Below, one piece after another: positions 10,974-19,812 of a DNA stretch of 64,000 nt. The stretch is from Flavobacteriaceae bacterium (GTDB lineage Bacteria; Bacteroidota; Bacteroidia; Flavobacteriales; Flavobacteriaceae): contig JBMHCX010000016.1 of NCBI GenBank assembly GCA_049889695.1, positions 32,810 to 96,809 of the forward strand, read 5' to 3'. The position numbers and the translations under genes were made by a program. The notes under the pieces are model-generated. The model searched no databases. It saw only the letters and a program-made list of their open reading frames with translations, and was not told the DNA's origin. Every line of letters starts with the position of its first letter. Within the stretch, counting starts at the first letter, position 1.

Positions 10974-11438
10974 TTTCGCAAGTGCCAATACCGATCCTAT
11001 ATGTATCCCATCGTGGAATCCAGCAAACGCAACAGCTTTTTCAATAGAATCGATCGTGAAATTGGTTGAAGTAGTATAACTGGAATACTGCTTGAAAAAA
11101 TCATTCTCATCCAAATCCTTTTTTAGCTGTAACAAGCTTTCTGTAAACAAGTTTTTTAACTCCTCTACTTTAGTTGCTGAAACGTCTTCGGTGGGTTTGG
11201 TGCCCTTTCGAAAATTATCGATCCAATACCCATCCAATGGAATAGGTTGTTTGGCAATAGCATAGGTCAATAACATTCGTGTAGCCAGACAATGTCCGAT
11301 GTTCCAGACGATGTTATTATTGAATCCTGCAGGGATACGATTCAACTGATCGTTGTCGAACCGATCGAGTAATTTGACGAATAACTGCTGGTTATGTTGC
11401 CAAATTTCGAGCGATTGTTGCAGGGAAGTTTCGATCAT
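10965..11438 (-). CDS. DinB-family (DinB/YfiT-like four-helix bundle) protein
   Basis: 157 aa with WNIGH and FHDGIHIG histidine motifs characteristic of the DinB superfamily. Confidence 0.7.
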   Translation of the reverse strand: MIETSLQQSLEIWQHNQQLFVKLLDRFDNDQLNRIPAGFNNNIVWNIGHCLATRMLLTYAIAKQPIPLDGYWIDNFRKGTKPTEDVSATKVEELKNLFTESLLQLKKDLDENDFFKQYSSYTTSTNFTIDSIEKAVAFAGFHDGIHIGSVLALAKLI

Positions 11439-11442
11439 AGGA

Positions 11443-13233
11443 CTAGAATGAAATGTATTTAATCTCTAAGGCGAAAGGACTGTCCAAGGTGTTGGATGCC
11501 TGACCTACTAAAACGGTCTTATGCGGACTTAGCAGAGCGCTTTGAGGGATAGAACGAGATTCGTTGGTGGATAAATTTATTCGATGCGTACTCGTGTTTT
11601 GAATATCTGAAGTGATCATCAATCCGATATCTATATTGGTAGAGTCACGACGAATGATATCGCTGATATGATCTGTAATTCGAAAACGGTATCGCCAGGG
11701 TTCTCCAGCATCATTATATTCCAGTAACCCACTGTAAATGACTTTACGTCCGTCTTCATTCTCGCTCTGGTCGATGGTGTGATCAACTAAGGGCAGACCG
11801 TTATCATAACGATATAAGTGTAATCGGGGCGCTTGCAAGCTAACAGGGTTGTCTGGATCTACATAAAAAGAAAGACTAGCTTCATTGATCAACCAGGAGT
11901 CAGACCGAAGCCTGCTGAGGGTTTCGTTGTCATTGGGGTTTTCGTCATCGAAAAGCCGTAAACGTCCCATAAATGCCCCTCCATTGAGGAAGATTTGTGC
12001 CGTAGACTCGTCACTTTGAGCGGCTACATTTGCCTGTCCCTGTCCATTGATAACTGTATTGAATCGAACGCCTCCTAAACTTAAAGTTTCCGTGGCATTT
12101 TCTATATCAATCGTATCATCAGACGTATCGTCTGTCGTTCCGTTTTGGTTAACACGTCTATAGGTGTAGTTGATTTTTACTGTGGCGCTATTGGCGTCTA
12201 ACAGCATGTAGAGATTTTCGTTTCCAGGATCGATCTCGATCAATAAACCTCTTATGTGTCTTTGAAAAGCAGAAGGGTCTGTTAATACACTCTCCCCTTC
12301 CTGGTCGAGTATTCTCGTTTGAAAAAAAGAAGGTTCTAAAGGAATGCGAATTCGAGGAGTTAATCGGGTTTCTACTAGAGTGGTTTCATCCTCATCCGTC
12401 TCTTCATCATCCTCGGTATAGTTAAAGCGAAGTTCTTCAAGATTCAGACGGGTAGTTTCATTGTAAAGGGTAGTTCCCACAAAGCCTTCTTGTAAAAAAT
12501 TCCGGTCGGAATAGTAGATAGATTGCGTTTCAAAATTATTAAAGGGGTCTAAAGGACTGAGGTAGTAAGTCAATTCGTGAACCCCCATTCGAAAACTGGC
12601 ATCGCGGTTCCCAAAAATAGAATCGATCTCATAGACTTTATTTTCAGCATCATAACTAGAATTGTCTTCATCTACATCGTCTAAAATTCCGTCGTTGTCT
12701 GAATCTGGACTTAAGGGGTTGAGTCCTGCTTGAGTTTCCAAAATATCGGATACTCCGTCTTGGTCTGTGTCGCTTTGGGGATCTTCAGAGTCGATGTCAA
12801 AGGCATCGATTACCCCGTCGTTGTCCGCATCGTCAAGGTTGTTAAAAAAGGGGATTTCCAAGAAAACTTCTGTAACCGTCTCTTGTTCGTCTATATAAGT
12901 AACTGTTTCCCCAGAAGTATCCGCCTCATTTTCAGGACTGAGAATACCAAAATTAGCATCGGCCAATAGAGATACCTGAGAAACAAAAATAGCTTCTGTT
13001 TCTCCCATAAGTGGGTCGTTGAATCTTCCGAGTTGTGCGACCGGGAGGTTGTTACTTTGGAAATTATTGATCTGATGTTGATAGGCATATGCCGGGAAGG
13101 CAGCTATTTCATTCTCGAATGCTTCGCCATCGAATAATTCGCCAGAAACGTTATGGTAATCAGGTTGGCATTGGTAGCACACCAAACATAATCCAAAAAT
13201 CATCCATAAGAAGGGACGGTGTAGGAATTTCAT
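11443..13233 (-). CDS. DUF4270-like lipoprotein with inserted aspartate-rich calcium-binding (TSP type 3-like) repeats
   Basis: It sits next to the short glycogen-synthase gene and opposite panC, the usual Flavobacteriia position of DUF4270. It has an N-terminal signal/lipobox region and DADNDGVID, DTDQDGVSD and DSDNDGILD repeats. Confidence 0.55.
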   Translation of the reverse strand: MKFLHRPFLWMIFGLCLVCYQCQPDYHNVSGELFDGEAFENEIAAFPAYAYQHQINNFQSNNLPVAQLGRFNDPLMGETEAIFVSQVSLLADANFGILSPENEADTSGETVTYIDEQETVTEVFLEIPFFNNLDDADNDGVIDAFDIDSEDPQSDTDQDGVSDILETQAGLNPLSPDSDNDGILDDVDEDNSSYDAENKVYEIDSIFGNRDASFRMGVHELTYYLSPLDPFNNFETQSIYYSDRNFLQEGFVGTTLYNETTRLNLEELRFNYTEDDEETDEDETTLVETRLTPRIRIPLEPSFFQTRILDQEGESVLTDPSAFQRHIRGLLIEIDPGNENLYMLLDANSATVKINYTYRRVNQNGTTDDTSDDTIDIENATETLSLGGVRFNTVINGQGQANVAAQSDESTAQIFLNGGAFMGRLRLFDDENPNDNETLSRLRSDSWLINEASLSFYVDPDNPVSLQAPRLHLYRYDNGLPLVDHTIDQSENEDGRKVIYSGLLEYNDAGEPWRYRFRITDHISDIIRRDSTNIDIGLMITSDIQNTSTHRINLSTNESRSIPQSALLSPHKTVLVGQASNTLDSPFALEIKYISF

Positions 13234-13240
13234 GTAATAC

Positions 13241-14047
13241 TTATATCAGATGTTGGGCATAAAAATCTACATAGGCCTCAGCCGAAGTAGATTCCGTGTG
13301 TTCTAGTGTGGGAAGTTGGTGATCTTTGATAGTGGTCTGAAGGGCATCCGACTGAATATCGCTACTGTATCCAAAAGCGTTTAAGTGCGGCAGGCTTTCT
13401 TGGATTAGAGTATCGAAGTTTGGTCCAGCATAGGGGGCAGCAATCTTTTGATCGATTCCGTCAAAAACCATTTTCTGGTGCATGTCCGCTGCAAGGCTTC
13501 CCTCAAAATCTTTCGCATAAGCAGAGAGCATAATACTACTGTTTTCGAACAAAGGCTCATTTTCGAAATAACTTTTCAAATAGATAGGGAATAGACTTGT
13601 AAACCAACCGTGCAAATGAATAATATCAGGCGACCAGTTGAGTTTTTTAACCGTTTCCACAACACCTTTGGTGAAGAATATCATTCGCTCGTCATTGTCC
13701 GGGAAGAGGGTATTTTCATCTTGGTGTAAGACCCCTTTTCGCTTGAAGTATTCCTCGTTATCGATAAAGTAGACTTGCATTCTTTCTTTGGGAATTGAAG
13801 CGACCTTAATGATGAGAGGCATATCCATGTCATTGATCACTAAATTCATTCCCGAAAGCCGAATAACTTCGTGCAATTGATGTCGACGTTCGTTAATCAG
13901 CCCATATCTTGGCATAAAAATTCGAGTTTGCCCTCCAGCATCGTTTACCGCTTTAGCGATTTGAAAAGCATTTACTGCTTGTGTTGTTTGCGGAAGATAG
14001 GGCACGACCTCCGAGGAGATGATCAACACGCGTTTGTCTTTAATCAT
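13241..14047 (-). CDS. Glycogen/starch synthase-like protein (short form, N-terminal GT5 catalytic domain only)
   Basis: VLIISSEVVPYLPQT..., IIHLHGWFTSL. The 268-aa form typically lies beside panC in Bacteroidota. Confidence 0.8.
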   Translation of the reverse strand: MIKDKRVLIISSEVVPYLPQTTQAVNAFQIAKAVNDAGGQTRIFMPRYGLINERRHQLHEVIRLSGMNLVINDMDMPLIIKVASIPKERMQVYFIDNEEYFKRKGVLHQDENTLFPDNDERMIFFTKGVVETVKKLNWSPDIIHLHGWFTSLFPIYLKSYFENEPLFENSSIMLSAYAKDFEGSLAADMHQKMVFDGIDQKIAAPYAGPNFDTLIQESLPHLNAFGYSSDIQSDALQTTIKDHQLPTLEHTESTSAEAYVDFYAQHLI

Positions 14048-14084
14048 GGATAATCTCTTTTGAATTGTTCGTTCGAAAGTCTTG

Positions 14085-14092
14085 CAAAATTA
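14085..14092 (-). promoter_or_regulatory. Candidate -7 box TAatTTTG for the glycogen-synthase-like/DUF4270/DinB operon
   Basis: The minus strand reads TAATTTTG about 37 nt upstream of ATG 14047. Confidence 0.4.
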
Positions 14093-14123
14093 CAAAAATT
14101 ATACTTAACTCTCGCTTATGCAG

Positions 14124-14131
14124 TATCTTTG
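14124..14131 (+). promoter_or_regulatory. Candidate -7 box TAtcTTTG for panCD
   Basis: TATCTTTG lies 20 nt upstream of the in-frame TTG at 14152. Confidence 0.4.
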
Positions 14132-14151
14132 AACTCTTATTTGACAAACTT

Positions 14152-15000
14152 TTGCAAATTTTTAAAACTTTTTCAGCGCTTCAACAACAATTGGCAAGAA
14201 GTCCTAAGATCCTTGGCTTTGTTCCAACCATGGGAGCCTTGCACTCAGGACATCTGTCCCTAGTGAAAAAAGCAGTGGCAGAAAACGAACATGTCGTCGT
14301 GAGTATATTTGTTAATCCTACCCAATTCAACAATCCCACAGACTTGGAGAAATATCCCAGGACCTTAGAAAAAGATCTGCAGGCATTATCCATTTTTGCA
14401 GATCAGCTGAGTGTTGTTTGCCCCAGTGTAGAAGAAATGTATGGCGATCGGCTTTCCGCAGACCACTATGAACTCGGGAAATTAGAAGAAGTCATGGAAG
14501 GGAAAATGCGTCCAGGACACTTTCAAGGGGTGGCCACTATAGTGGAAAAGCTTTTCAAGGCTGTTCGTCCGCAAAGGGCTTACTTTGGAGAAAAAGATTT
14601 TCAGCAACTGATGGTCATACGGCATTTGGTCGAACTCAAAGCCATCCCGGTTGAAATTATTCAATGCCCGATTGAAAGAGAAAGTAATGGCCTTGCACGT
14701 AGCTCACGGAATGAGCTATTAAGTTTAAATGCTCGGAAAAATGCGGGGCAGATCTACGCCGTTTTACAACAAGCCAAAGCAGACTATCTCTCCCAAGAAT
14801 TCACCTACGAAGAACTAAAGGAAAGAGCTTTAAAAGCTCTTTCTCAAATCCCTGACAGTCAAGTAGAATACTTTGTCATAGCAAACGAACACGACTTAGC
14901 AGAAATTCAATCCTTGCACAACGCTCGTTCGGTGCGCGCTTTTGTAGCTGTGAATGTCGAAAAAATTAGACTAATCGATACCATGAATTACCAAGAATAA
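14152..15000 (+). CDS. panC: Pantoate--beta-alanine ligase
   Basis: [26 protein letters not shown] and YFGEKDFQQ motifs. The ORF-track start at 14065 lies only 17 nt from the divergent gene and upstream of the -7 box. The TTG at 14152 gives a typical 282-aa PanC. Confidence 0.85.
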   Translation: MQIFKTFSALQQQLARSPKILGFVPTMGALHSGHLSLVKKAVAENEHVVVSIFVNPTQFNNPTDLEKYPRTLEKDLQALSIFADQLSVVCPSVEEMYGDRLSADHYELGKLEEVMEGKMRPGHFQGVATIVEKLFKAVRPQRAYFGEKDFQQLMVIRHLVELKAIPVEIIQCPIERESNGLARSSRNELLSLNARKNAGQIYAVLQQAKADYLSQEFTYEELKERALKALSQIPDSQVEYFVIANEHDLAEIQSLHNARSVRAFVAVNVEKIRLIDTMNYQE

Positions 15001-15001
15001 A

Positions 15002-15009
15002 TACCTTTG
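15002..15009 (+). promoter_or_regulatory. TAccTTTG motif immediately upstream of panD
   Basis: TACCTTTG ends 4 nt before ATG 15014. It may be an internal promoter or a coincidence. Confidence 0.25.
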
Positions 15010-15013
15010 CCCC

Positions 15014-15364
15014 ATGCAAATAGAGGTGATAAAATCCAAAATTCATCGCGTACGTGTTACACACGCAGATCTCAATTATGTCGGGAGTATTACCATCGAC
15101 AGAGACCTGATCGATGCTGCCAACTTAGTCGTTGGAGAAAAGGTCCAAGTTGTCAATGTCAATAATGGAGAACGACTTGAAACCTATGTAATCGAAGGGA
15201 CAGCCGGCTCAGGTGAAATTACACTGAATGGACCTGCCGCACGAAAAGTACAAGCCGGTGATATTGTCATCATTATTGCCTATGCTCGGATGGACATGGA
15301 AAGCGCCAAATCTTTTACACCCTCTTTGATATTCCCTAACGAGCAAACTAATCGTTTAGCTTAA
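15014..15364 (+). CDS. panD: Aspartate 1-decarboxylase
   Basis: [29 protein letters not shown], including the G-S self-cleavage site; 116 aa. Confidence 0.95.
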   Translation: MQIEVIKSKIHRVRVTHADLNYVGSITIDRDLIDAANLVVGEKVQVVNVNNGERLETYVIEGTAGSGEITLNGPAARKVQAGDIVIIIAYARMDMESAKSFTPSLIFPNEQTNRLA

Positions 15365-15368
15365 AGCC

Positions 15369-16343
15369 ATGCGATTGTCGTCTGTACTTAAAGTATTGAT
15401 CCCTTTAGCAATTGGGATTTTCTTTATTTATCTATCCTTAAGTCAGACCACAGCGGAGCAACAGCAAGAAATCTGGCAAAACTTTACACGTGCCGATTTT
15501 AGGTTTGTATTGCTGTCTGTTTTGTTGGGTTTTTTGAGTCATTTGTCAAGAGCATATCGATGGCTGTATTTATTATCGCCATTAGGATATAAGCCAAAAT
15601 TCATCAATTGTGTTCTGACGGTATTCGTTACTTATTTAGCTAATTTAGGGATCCCTCGATCGGGAGAAGTCTTTCGGGCGACCTTGATGTGGAATTATGA
15701 AAAAATCCCCTTCGAGAAAAGTTTTGGGACCATCGTACTTGAAAGACTAGTCGATCTGTTTTTTTTGGCGGTCGTAGTGGCAGTGGCTCTGGCCTTTCAA
15801 TTCGATCTGATCTGGGAGACTGTGTTTGGTTCTCGAGCATTTGATTTCTTCAACTTGGGGCTCATTGTTGGAATACTTCTACTGTTGTTCTTGCTACTGA
15901 AGCAACTTTGGAAAAAGTCTTTCCCCGGAAAGCAACGCATACAAACTTTTGGCGAGGGCATTCGAGATGGATTATTGTCTTTCCAAAAAATGGAGAAAAA
16001 AGCTTTTTTTGTCCTTCATTCAATTTTTATTTGGTGCATGTATATCGCAATGTTTTATGTGATTAAGTGGACCATTCCGCAAACTTCATTTCTGGGCTTA
16101 GACGCCTTAATTCCCGGATTTGTAGTTGGGGCATTAGCCATTTCAGCGACGAATGGCGGCATAGGGGTTTATCCATATGGTGTTGCTCTAGTCTTGCAGA
16201 GTTTTGAAGTGGCAGAAGCCCCGAGCTTGTCTTTTGGATGGATTATGTGGACGGCACAGACCGCTATGATTATTATTGCAGGAGGCCTTTCCTTTGCTGC
16301 ACTTCCATTGGTGAATCGGACGAAAACTGGTACGGATGGCTAA
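15369..16343 (+). CDS. Flippase-like / lysylphosphatidylglycerol-synthase TM-domain (UPF0104) membrane protein
   Basis: Polytopic membrane protein with the HLSRAYRW motif typical of this family. Confidence 0.65.
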   Translation: MRLSSVLKVLIPLAIGIFFIYLSLSQTTAEQQQEIWQNFTRADFRFVLLSVLLGFLSHLSRAYRWLYLLSPLGYKPKFINCVLTVFVTYLANLGIPRSGEVFRATLMWNYEKIPFEKSFGTIVLERLVDLFFLAVVVAVALAFQFDLIWETVFGSRAFDFFNLGLIVGILLLLFLLLKQLWKKSFPGKQRIQTFGEGIRDGLLSFQKMEKKAFFVLHSIFIWCMYIAMFYVIKWTIPQTSFLGLDALIPGFVVGALAISATNGGIGVYPYGVALVLQSFEVAEAPSLSFGWIMWTAQTAMIIIAGGLSFAALPLVNRTKTGTDG

Positions 16344-17697
16344 AGCAAAAAAAGCATTTTTTTGTCAAAATTGTGGAGCACAACACCCACAGTGGCAAGG
16401 ACAGTGTAAGGCATGTAAGGAATGGAACACGCTGGTGGAAGAGATCATTACCCCAGCCGATCAGACAACTTCTTTCAAAGCTCCACAAACGAAAAACATC
16501 CCACAGTCTCTGGTCGAGATCAAAGCCGACGACCATCCGAGAATACTGAGTCAAGACCCAGAAATGAATCGCATTTTGGGAGGGGGTTTTGTCCCCGGGG
16601 CGGTGATGCTACTGGGAGGAGAACCCGGAATTGGCAAATCGACCTTACTGTTACAGCTTTCCATGCAAATGGGGAAGAAGGTCCTGTATGTTTCTGGAGA
16701 AGAAAGTTTACAACAAATAAAATTAAGAGCCGACCGACTCGGGCTAGCTGCCGAACATACGTTTATCTTGAGTGAAACCGATTTGGGAAGTATTTTTAGT
16801 CACCTTGAAAATATAAACCCTGAATTGATCATCATTGATTCTATTCAAACCCTACAAACAGATCGTATTGATAGTGGAGCTGGGTCTGTATCACAAATAA
16901 AAGCCTGTACGGCGGAGTTAATTAAGCTGGCCAAAACCACTCAAATCCCCATTGTCTTGGTCGGGCATATCACTAAAGAAGGCCAATTAGCCGGGCCTAA
17001 GATTTTAGAGCACATGGTCGATACGGTGTTGCAATTTGAAGGCGATCGCAATCATATGTATCGCATCATTCGAGTCCAAAAAAACCGATTTGGGGCAACT
17101 TCAGAACTGGGGATCTACGAAATGCAGACAGAGGGGTTAAGACCTGTGACCAATCCTTCCGAACTACTTCTTTCTCAGCCACGAGAGGGGCTCAGTGGAC
17201 ATGCCGTAGTTGCTACAATTGAGGGAATCAGACCGCTAATGATCGAAGTTCAGGCACTGGTCAGTACGGCCGTATACGGGACACCTCAACGATCTACCAC
17301 TGGTTTCAACACCAAAAGGCTAAATATGTTGTTGGCTGTGTTGGAAAAAAGAGCAGGATTTGCCTTGGCAACCAAAGATGTATTTATCAACATAGCTGGA
17401 GGTTTAAGTTTAGAAGATCCGGCGCTGGATTTAGCCGTTGTTGCTGCCATTCTTTCTAGTTATCTGGATGTGGCTATACCCGCTCATTGTTGTTTCGCTG
17501 CCGAAGTAGGCCTTTCGGGGGAATTGCGGCCAGTTCCCAAGGTTGACCAGCGCATCTCCGAAGCAGCAAAGTTAGGATTTGAATCTATCGTCGTGGCTGG
17601 GGTAGGGAAACAAACCCTCAAGCACGATACCATCAAGATTCATAATTTTGACAAACTGGCTGATGTCTTAACATTTCTTTTTCACCAAAAAAAATAG
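16336..17697 (+). CDS. radA: DNA repair protein RadA (Sms)
   Basis: N-terminal zinc finger (CQNCGAQHPQWQGQCKACKEWN), Walker A GGEPGIGKST, the KNRFG motif and a Lon-like C-terminal domain. The start overlaps the upstream stop by 8 nt. Confidence 0.95.
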   Translation: MAKAKKAFFCQNCGAQHPQWQGQCKACKEWNTLVEEIITPADQTTSFKAPQTKNIPQSLVEIKADDHPRILSQDPEMNRILGGGFVPGAVMLLGGEPGIGKSTLLLQLSMQMGKKVLYVSGEESLQQIKLRADRLGLAAEHTFILSETDLGSIFSHLENINPELIIIDSIQTLQTDRIDSGAGSVSQIKACTAELIKLAKTTQIPIVLVGHITKEGQLAGPKILEHMVDTVLQFEGDRNHMYRIIRVQKNRFGATSELGIYEMQTEGLRPVTNPSELLLSQPREGLSGHAVVATIEGIRPLMIEVQALVSTAVYGTPQRSTTGFNTKRLNMLLAVLEKRAGFALATKDVFINIAGGLSLEDPALDLAVVAAILSSYLDVAIPAHCCFAAEVGLSGELRPVPKVDQRISEAAKLGFESIVVAGVGKQTLKHDTIKIHNFDKLADVLTFLFHQKK

Positions 17698-17745
17698 GCT
17701 TCCTCTAAAAAAGGCCTAATTTTAATTTGGTTTTAAAAATGGTCT

Positions 17746-19086
17746 ATGGAAAAAATCATACAAAACTTCTTAGCCGAGGTTCGTCAGCGGAATCAGAACG
17801 AACCTGAGTTTCTACAAGCTGTTTCAGAAGTTGCAGAAAATGTCCTGCCCTACATCGTTCAACACGATATTTATTACGGACAGAATATTTTATTGCGTAT
17901 GGTGGAACCCGAACGGGTAGTATCTTTTCGCGTTGCTTGGTTGGACGATCAGGAGCAGATTCAGGTGAATCGGGGCTACAGGATTGAGATGAATTCCGCT
18001 ATTGGCCCCTATAAAGGAGGGCTGCGTTTTCATCCTTCTGTTAACCTAAGTGTTCTGAAGTTTTTGGCATTTGAACAAATTTTTAAGAACAGCCTGACCA
18101 CTCTCCCTATGGGCGGTGGAAAAGGCGGAGCTGATTTTGACCCCAAAGGAAAATCAGATACTGAAGTGATGCGTTTTTGCCAGAGTTTCATGACCGAGTT
18201 GTTTCGACATATCGGCCCGAATAGAGATATTCCTGCGGGCGATATAGGTGTTGGAAGTCGTGAGATTGGATATTTATTTGGCCAGTACAAACGCTTAAAA
18301 AATGAGTTTACAGGCGTGTTAACTGGTAAAGGTGTCAGTTGGGGAGGATCCCTGATTCGGCCGGAAGCCACGGGCTATGGAGTGGTTTATTTTGTTGAAA
18401 ATATGCTTTCCCAACAGTCAGACAGCTTAAAAGGAAAAGATGTCGTTATTTCTGGATCTGGAAATGTTGCGCAATACGCAGCGGAAAAAGCTTTACAGTT
18501 AGGAGCACGCGTCTTGACCCTTTCAGATTCTTCTGGCTACATCCACGATCCCGACGGGATAGACGCAGAAAAGCTAGCGTTTGTCATGCACTTAAAAAAT
18601 GTTGAACGCAAGCGCATACATGCATACGTCGAAAAATATCCTAAAGCAGCCTTTTTTAGCGGTAAAACACCTTGGGGAGTTCCTTGTCAAATTGCCCTTC
18701 CTTGTGCCACTCAAAATGAACTGAACTTGGAAGATGCAAAGCAATTGGTCGCTAATGGTTGTTTATGTGTTGGGGAAGGAGCAAACATGCCTACTACCCC
18801 CGATGCGATCCATTACTTTCATGAAAAAAAGATGCTTTTTGCCCCCGGTAAAGCTTCCAATGCTGGAGGGGTGGCTGTTTCTGGTCTTGAAATGGCACAA
18901 AACTCTTTGCGCTACAGTTGGACAAGAGAAGAAGTCGATCAAAAATTACAAGATATTATGGGCGATATTCATCAGTCTTGTGTCGCCTATGGAATGTCCG
19001 ATGGGTATGTTAATTATGTGAAAGGGGCGAATATTGCTGGTTTCGTGAAAGTAGCTGATGCGATGTTAGCACAGGGAGTGGTTTAA
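17746..19086 (+). CDS. gdhA: NADP-specific glutamate dehydrogenase
   Basis: GGLRFHPSVNLSVLKFLAFEQIFKNSLTTLPMGGGKGGADFDPKGKS and GSGNVAQYA motifs. Confidence 0.95.
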   Translation: MEKIIQNFLAEVRQRNQNEPEFLQAVSEVAENVLPYIVQHDIYYGQNILLRMVEPERVVSFRVAWLDDQEQIQVNRGYRIEMNSAIGPYKGGLRFHPSVNLSVLKFLAFEQIFKNSLTTLPMGGGKGGADFDPKGKSDTEVMRFCQSFMTELFRHIGPNRDIPAGDIGVGSREIGYLFGQYKRLKNEFTGVLTGKGVSWGGSLIRPEATGYGVVYFVENMLSQQSDSLKGKDVVISGSGNVAQYAAEKALQLGARVLTLSDSSGYIHDPDGIDAEKLAFVMHLKNVERKRIHAYVEKYPKAAFFSGKTPWGVPCQIALPCATQNELNLEDAKQLVANGCLCVGEGANMPTTPDAIHYFHEKKMLFAPGKASNAGGVAVSGLEMAQNSLRYSWTREEVDQKLQDIMGDIHQSCVAYGMSDGYVNYVKGANIAGFVKVADAMLAQGVV

Positions 19087-19089
19087 TCC

Positions 19090-19812
19090 ATGACAATCGA
19101 TCTTCAAATCATTGTACTGGGTACAACAAAATACAGTGATTCCAGTCTTATTTTACATACCTATACAAAAGAGTACGGCCGCTTAAGCATAATGCTCAAG
19201 GGGGTAAGAAATGCTAAAAAGGGCAGTATCAGAACGGCCCTGTTTCAACCGCTTAACTGTTTGGACACGGTGGTCGATTACAAGCCGAAAAGAGAACTAC
19301 AATACCTCAAGGAGGCTAAGATCCATACGGTTTATAATTCCTTACATCGGGATTTCGCGAAAAGCTCAGTTGTTCTTTTTTTGTCCGAAGTGTTAGGGCA
19401 GCTACTCCGGGAAGAATATGCCGAAAACGAACCTTTGTATACCTATATCACTCAGGCATTCACTTGGTTTGACGATGAAGAAAAAGCCCCTAATTTCCAT
19501 TTGAAGTTCCTGATGGAACTCACCAAATTCTTGGGTGTTTACCCTAATTTTATGGAACCAAAAACGGGTTTTTTTGATTTGGACGCTGCTGCATATGTTC
19601 AACAGCAACCCGTTGAAAATTTTATTTCTGGAGAACTGCTAAAGCATTGGGAAGCCTTGCATCGATCTTCTTTTGACACCATATCTGAACTGTCTTTTAA
19701 CCAGCAAATTCGTTTGGGTCTATTAAGCCAAATCATCGTATATTACCGCTTGCATTTGCAAAACTTTAAAGAACCAAAATCCTTAGCAGTACTTCATGGG
19801 CTTTTTCAATAA
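19090..19812 (+). CDS. recO: DNA repair protein RecO
   Basis: Its 240-aa size and its N-terminal OB-fold region followed by a helical C-terminal pattern match Bacteroidota RecO. Confidence 0.8.
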   Translation: MTIDLQIIVLGTTKYSDSSLILHTYTKEYGRLSIMLKGVRNAKKGSIRTALFQPLNCLDTVVDYKPKRELQYLKEAKIHTVYNSLHRDFAKSSVVLFLSEVLGQLLREEYAENEPLYTYITQAFTWFDDEEKAPNFHLKFLMELTKFLGVYPNFMEPKTGFFDLDAAAYVQQQPVENFISGELLKHWEALHRSSFDTISELSFNQQIRLGLLSQIIVYYRLHLQNFKEPKSLAVLHGLFQ

